Virus record (IMG/VR): IMGVR_UViG_3300022745_000023
Span: 1-64,000 of that record
Direction: 5' to 3' (one strand)
Source of the DNA: a virus
Length of the DNA: 64,000 bases
Shown here: in pieces, positions 62,728-64,000 of the stretch
Position numbering within the stretch: position 1 is the stretch's first letter
Layout: each line of letters opens with the position of its first letter
Made by a program: the position numbers and the translations under genes
Notes under the pieces: model-generated
What the model was told of the DNA's origin: nothing
What the model saw: the letters and a program-made list of their open reading frames with translations, nothing else
Database searches by the model: none

Positions 62728-63434
62728 TGGTTCGCAAGCGCACCATCAAGACGCGAATTTGCGGCATATGCGGAATAGTGGAAAGTGTTCGCTCTGACAA
62801 TTTGGCAGTAAATTGCTCACGCTGTTCCCGTAGGGTGAATGGCGCTATTTCTCTTGAAAAAATTAAGCGCAGAGGCAACGTAGAGCTTACCTGCTCATGT
62901 TGTGAGCAGAGGTTTTTCAGAATAAAGTCCAAAGTAGCGAAGCGCGAAAGCAAGGAAGTTTATTGCTCTGTCCAGTGCAGGAATAAGCATAAGAGCATTG
63001 AGCGCTCATGCTATGAATGTGATGCAAAGTTCCGTGTTGCCGTGTCAACAGCAAGGCAAGGTGCTGCAAGATTTTGCAGCCGGAATTGCTATGAAAAATT
63101 CCTTTGTAGGACCGACCACACACCATATCGCGGATCAGTGTGGAAAAGGATTCGTGGGGAAATAATCAGGTTTAGCGGGTTTTGCGCGATCTGTGGAACG
63201 CGAAAAAACCTGCAAGTTCACCACATCACGCCTTTCCGTCTGAATGCAGATAACTCGTTCAAGAATTTGATTCCTTTGTGCGTTCGCCACCACAAGCATG
63301 TCGAAATGGTGACTGTGGAATGCGAGGCGCAAGGGGTAAGCACAAAAGACATTCTTGGAATTATCGGTCCTATGCTTAGGCGTCGTCAGGCGCGGACCTT
63401 GAAATATATGAAAGGTATTTGGGATGGTCGTTGA
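62721..63434 (+). CDS. HNH endonuclease with Zn-finger repeats
   Basis: YCS..C, FCS..C, CAICG..LQVHHI..NLIPLC..HH; low GC. Confidence 0.88.
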   Translation: MVMVRKRTIKTRICGICGIVESVRSDNLAVNCSRCSRRVNGAISLEKIKRRGNVELTCSCCEQRFFRIKSKVAKRESKEVYCSVQCRNKHKSIERSCYECDAKFRVAVSTARQGAARFCSRNCYEKFLCRTDHTPYRGSVWKRIRGEIIRFSGFCAICGTRKNLQVHHITPFRLNADNSFKNLIPLCVRHHKHVEMVTVECEAQGVSTKDILGIIGPMLRRRQARTLKYMKGIWDGR

Positions 63435-64000
63435 AGTTGTGAGTCAACTGCAAGTTCAGTTGATCGAGGCAAATGCTCTTGTTCCCTATGCTAGGAACTC
63501 TCGCGTCCATTCCCCTCAACAGGTTCAGCAAATCAAAGCCTCAATGCTCGAATGGGGTTGGACTAACCCAATTTTGGCTGATCTTGCCAATGGCAAAGTA
63601 ATTGTTGCTGGCCATGGCAGGTTGATGGCTGCGCAGGAACTTATCAATGAAGGTATCGAAATTCAGCTTCCGGGCGGTTTCGCGCTTCCAAAGGGGAAGG
63701 TTCCCGTTCTTGACTGCGCTGGGTGGACAGAGGCTCAACGCCGCGCATATGTTATCGCTGATAACAAGACGGCTCTGAATAGTTCTTGGGATCTTGAACT
63801 GCTCAAGGTCGAACTGGATGACCTGAAATCGACCGATTTCGACCTGTCGCTTATCGGCTTCTCGCAAGAGGAACTAGATGATCTGTTCGTCACACCATCC
63901 GAAGTGGCTGAGGCCGACCCGGATGAAGCGCCGGAAGTGCCGGAGACGGCATACTCGGTGCGCGGCGATACGTGGCTGTGCGGGCCGCATCGAGTGCGTT
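63424..64000 (+). CDS. ParB/Srx-N domain protein, probably fused to a DNA methyltransferase (3'-truncated; not in the ORF track)
   Basis: LVPYARNSRVHS..Q..S..EWGWTNPI..AGHGRL..IADNK; ends GDTWLCGPHRV. Confidence 0.85.
   Translation, partial: MVVEVVSQLQVQLIEANALVPYARNSRVHSPQQVQQIKASMLEWGWTNPILADLANGKVIVAGHGRLMAAQELINEGIEIQLPGGFALPKGKVPVLDCAGWTEAQRRAYVIADNKTALNSSWDLELLKVELDDLKSTDFDLSLIGFSQEELDDLFVTPSEVAEADPDEAPEVPETAYSVRGDTWLCGPHRVR

Larger units (their letters stand above)
1..64000. mobile_element. Temperate contractile-tailed phage genome (partial; no host DNA in window)
   Basis: Continuous phage modules: capsid, sheath, tube, baseplate, lysis, tyrosine integrase, cI/cro, replication, TerS. 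Confidence 0.97.

Overview
The whole 64 kb window is bacteriophage DNA: most of the genome of a GC-rich temperate myovirus. The host is probably an alphaproteobacterium, judged from the SSB sequence type. No host genes flank it, and phage genes lie on both sides of the tRNA-Cys/integrase (attP-like) region, so it looks like the excised or free form. Order: early accessory genes with a DUF4942-type adenine MTase, a candidate sRNA, tRNA-Ser and an acr/aca-like operon (1-4.9 kb); a 1693-aa polyvalent SF2 helicase (4.9-10.5 kb); a leftward cluster of small early genes (10.5-16 kb); head (protease, scaffold, Herelleviridae-like capsid), neck, sheath/tube, lysis, tape measure, P1-like baseplate and fibres (16-50 kb); tRNA-Cys, integrase and Xis; a leftward recombination operon (RecT, exonuclease, SSB, HNH, Ref, dUTPase); the repressor/cro switch; replication genes; small terminase; and the start of a ParB-MTase. 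Large terminase and portal are not in the window. The strongest unannotated signal is a late-expression system: a GTCGTGAC-N3-A-N3-T promoter repeated about 9-10 times. It places +1 on or next to the ATG of four late genes (leaderless mRNA) and often sits in the 5' arm of a hairpin that would mask that ATG in read-through RNA. Other signals are a dispersed 17-bp operator network, a likely +1 frameshift, a capsid N-arm copy on the protease, and a duplicated tRNA-Cys anticodon arm next to the integrase. All protein family calls come from motif recognition by eye, not database searches.
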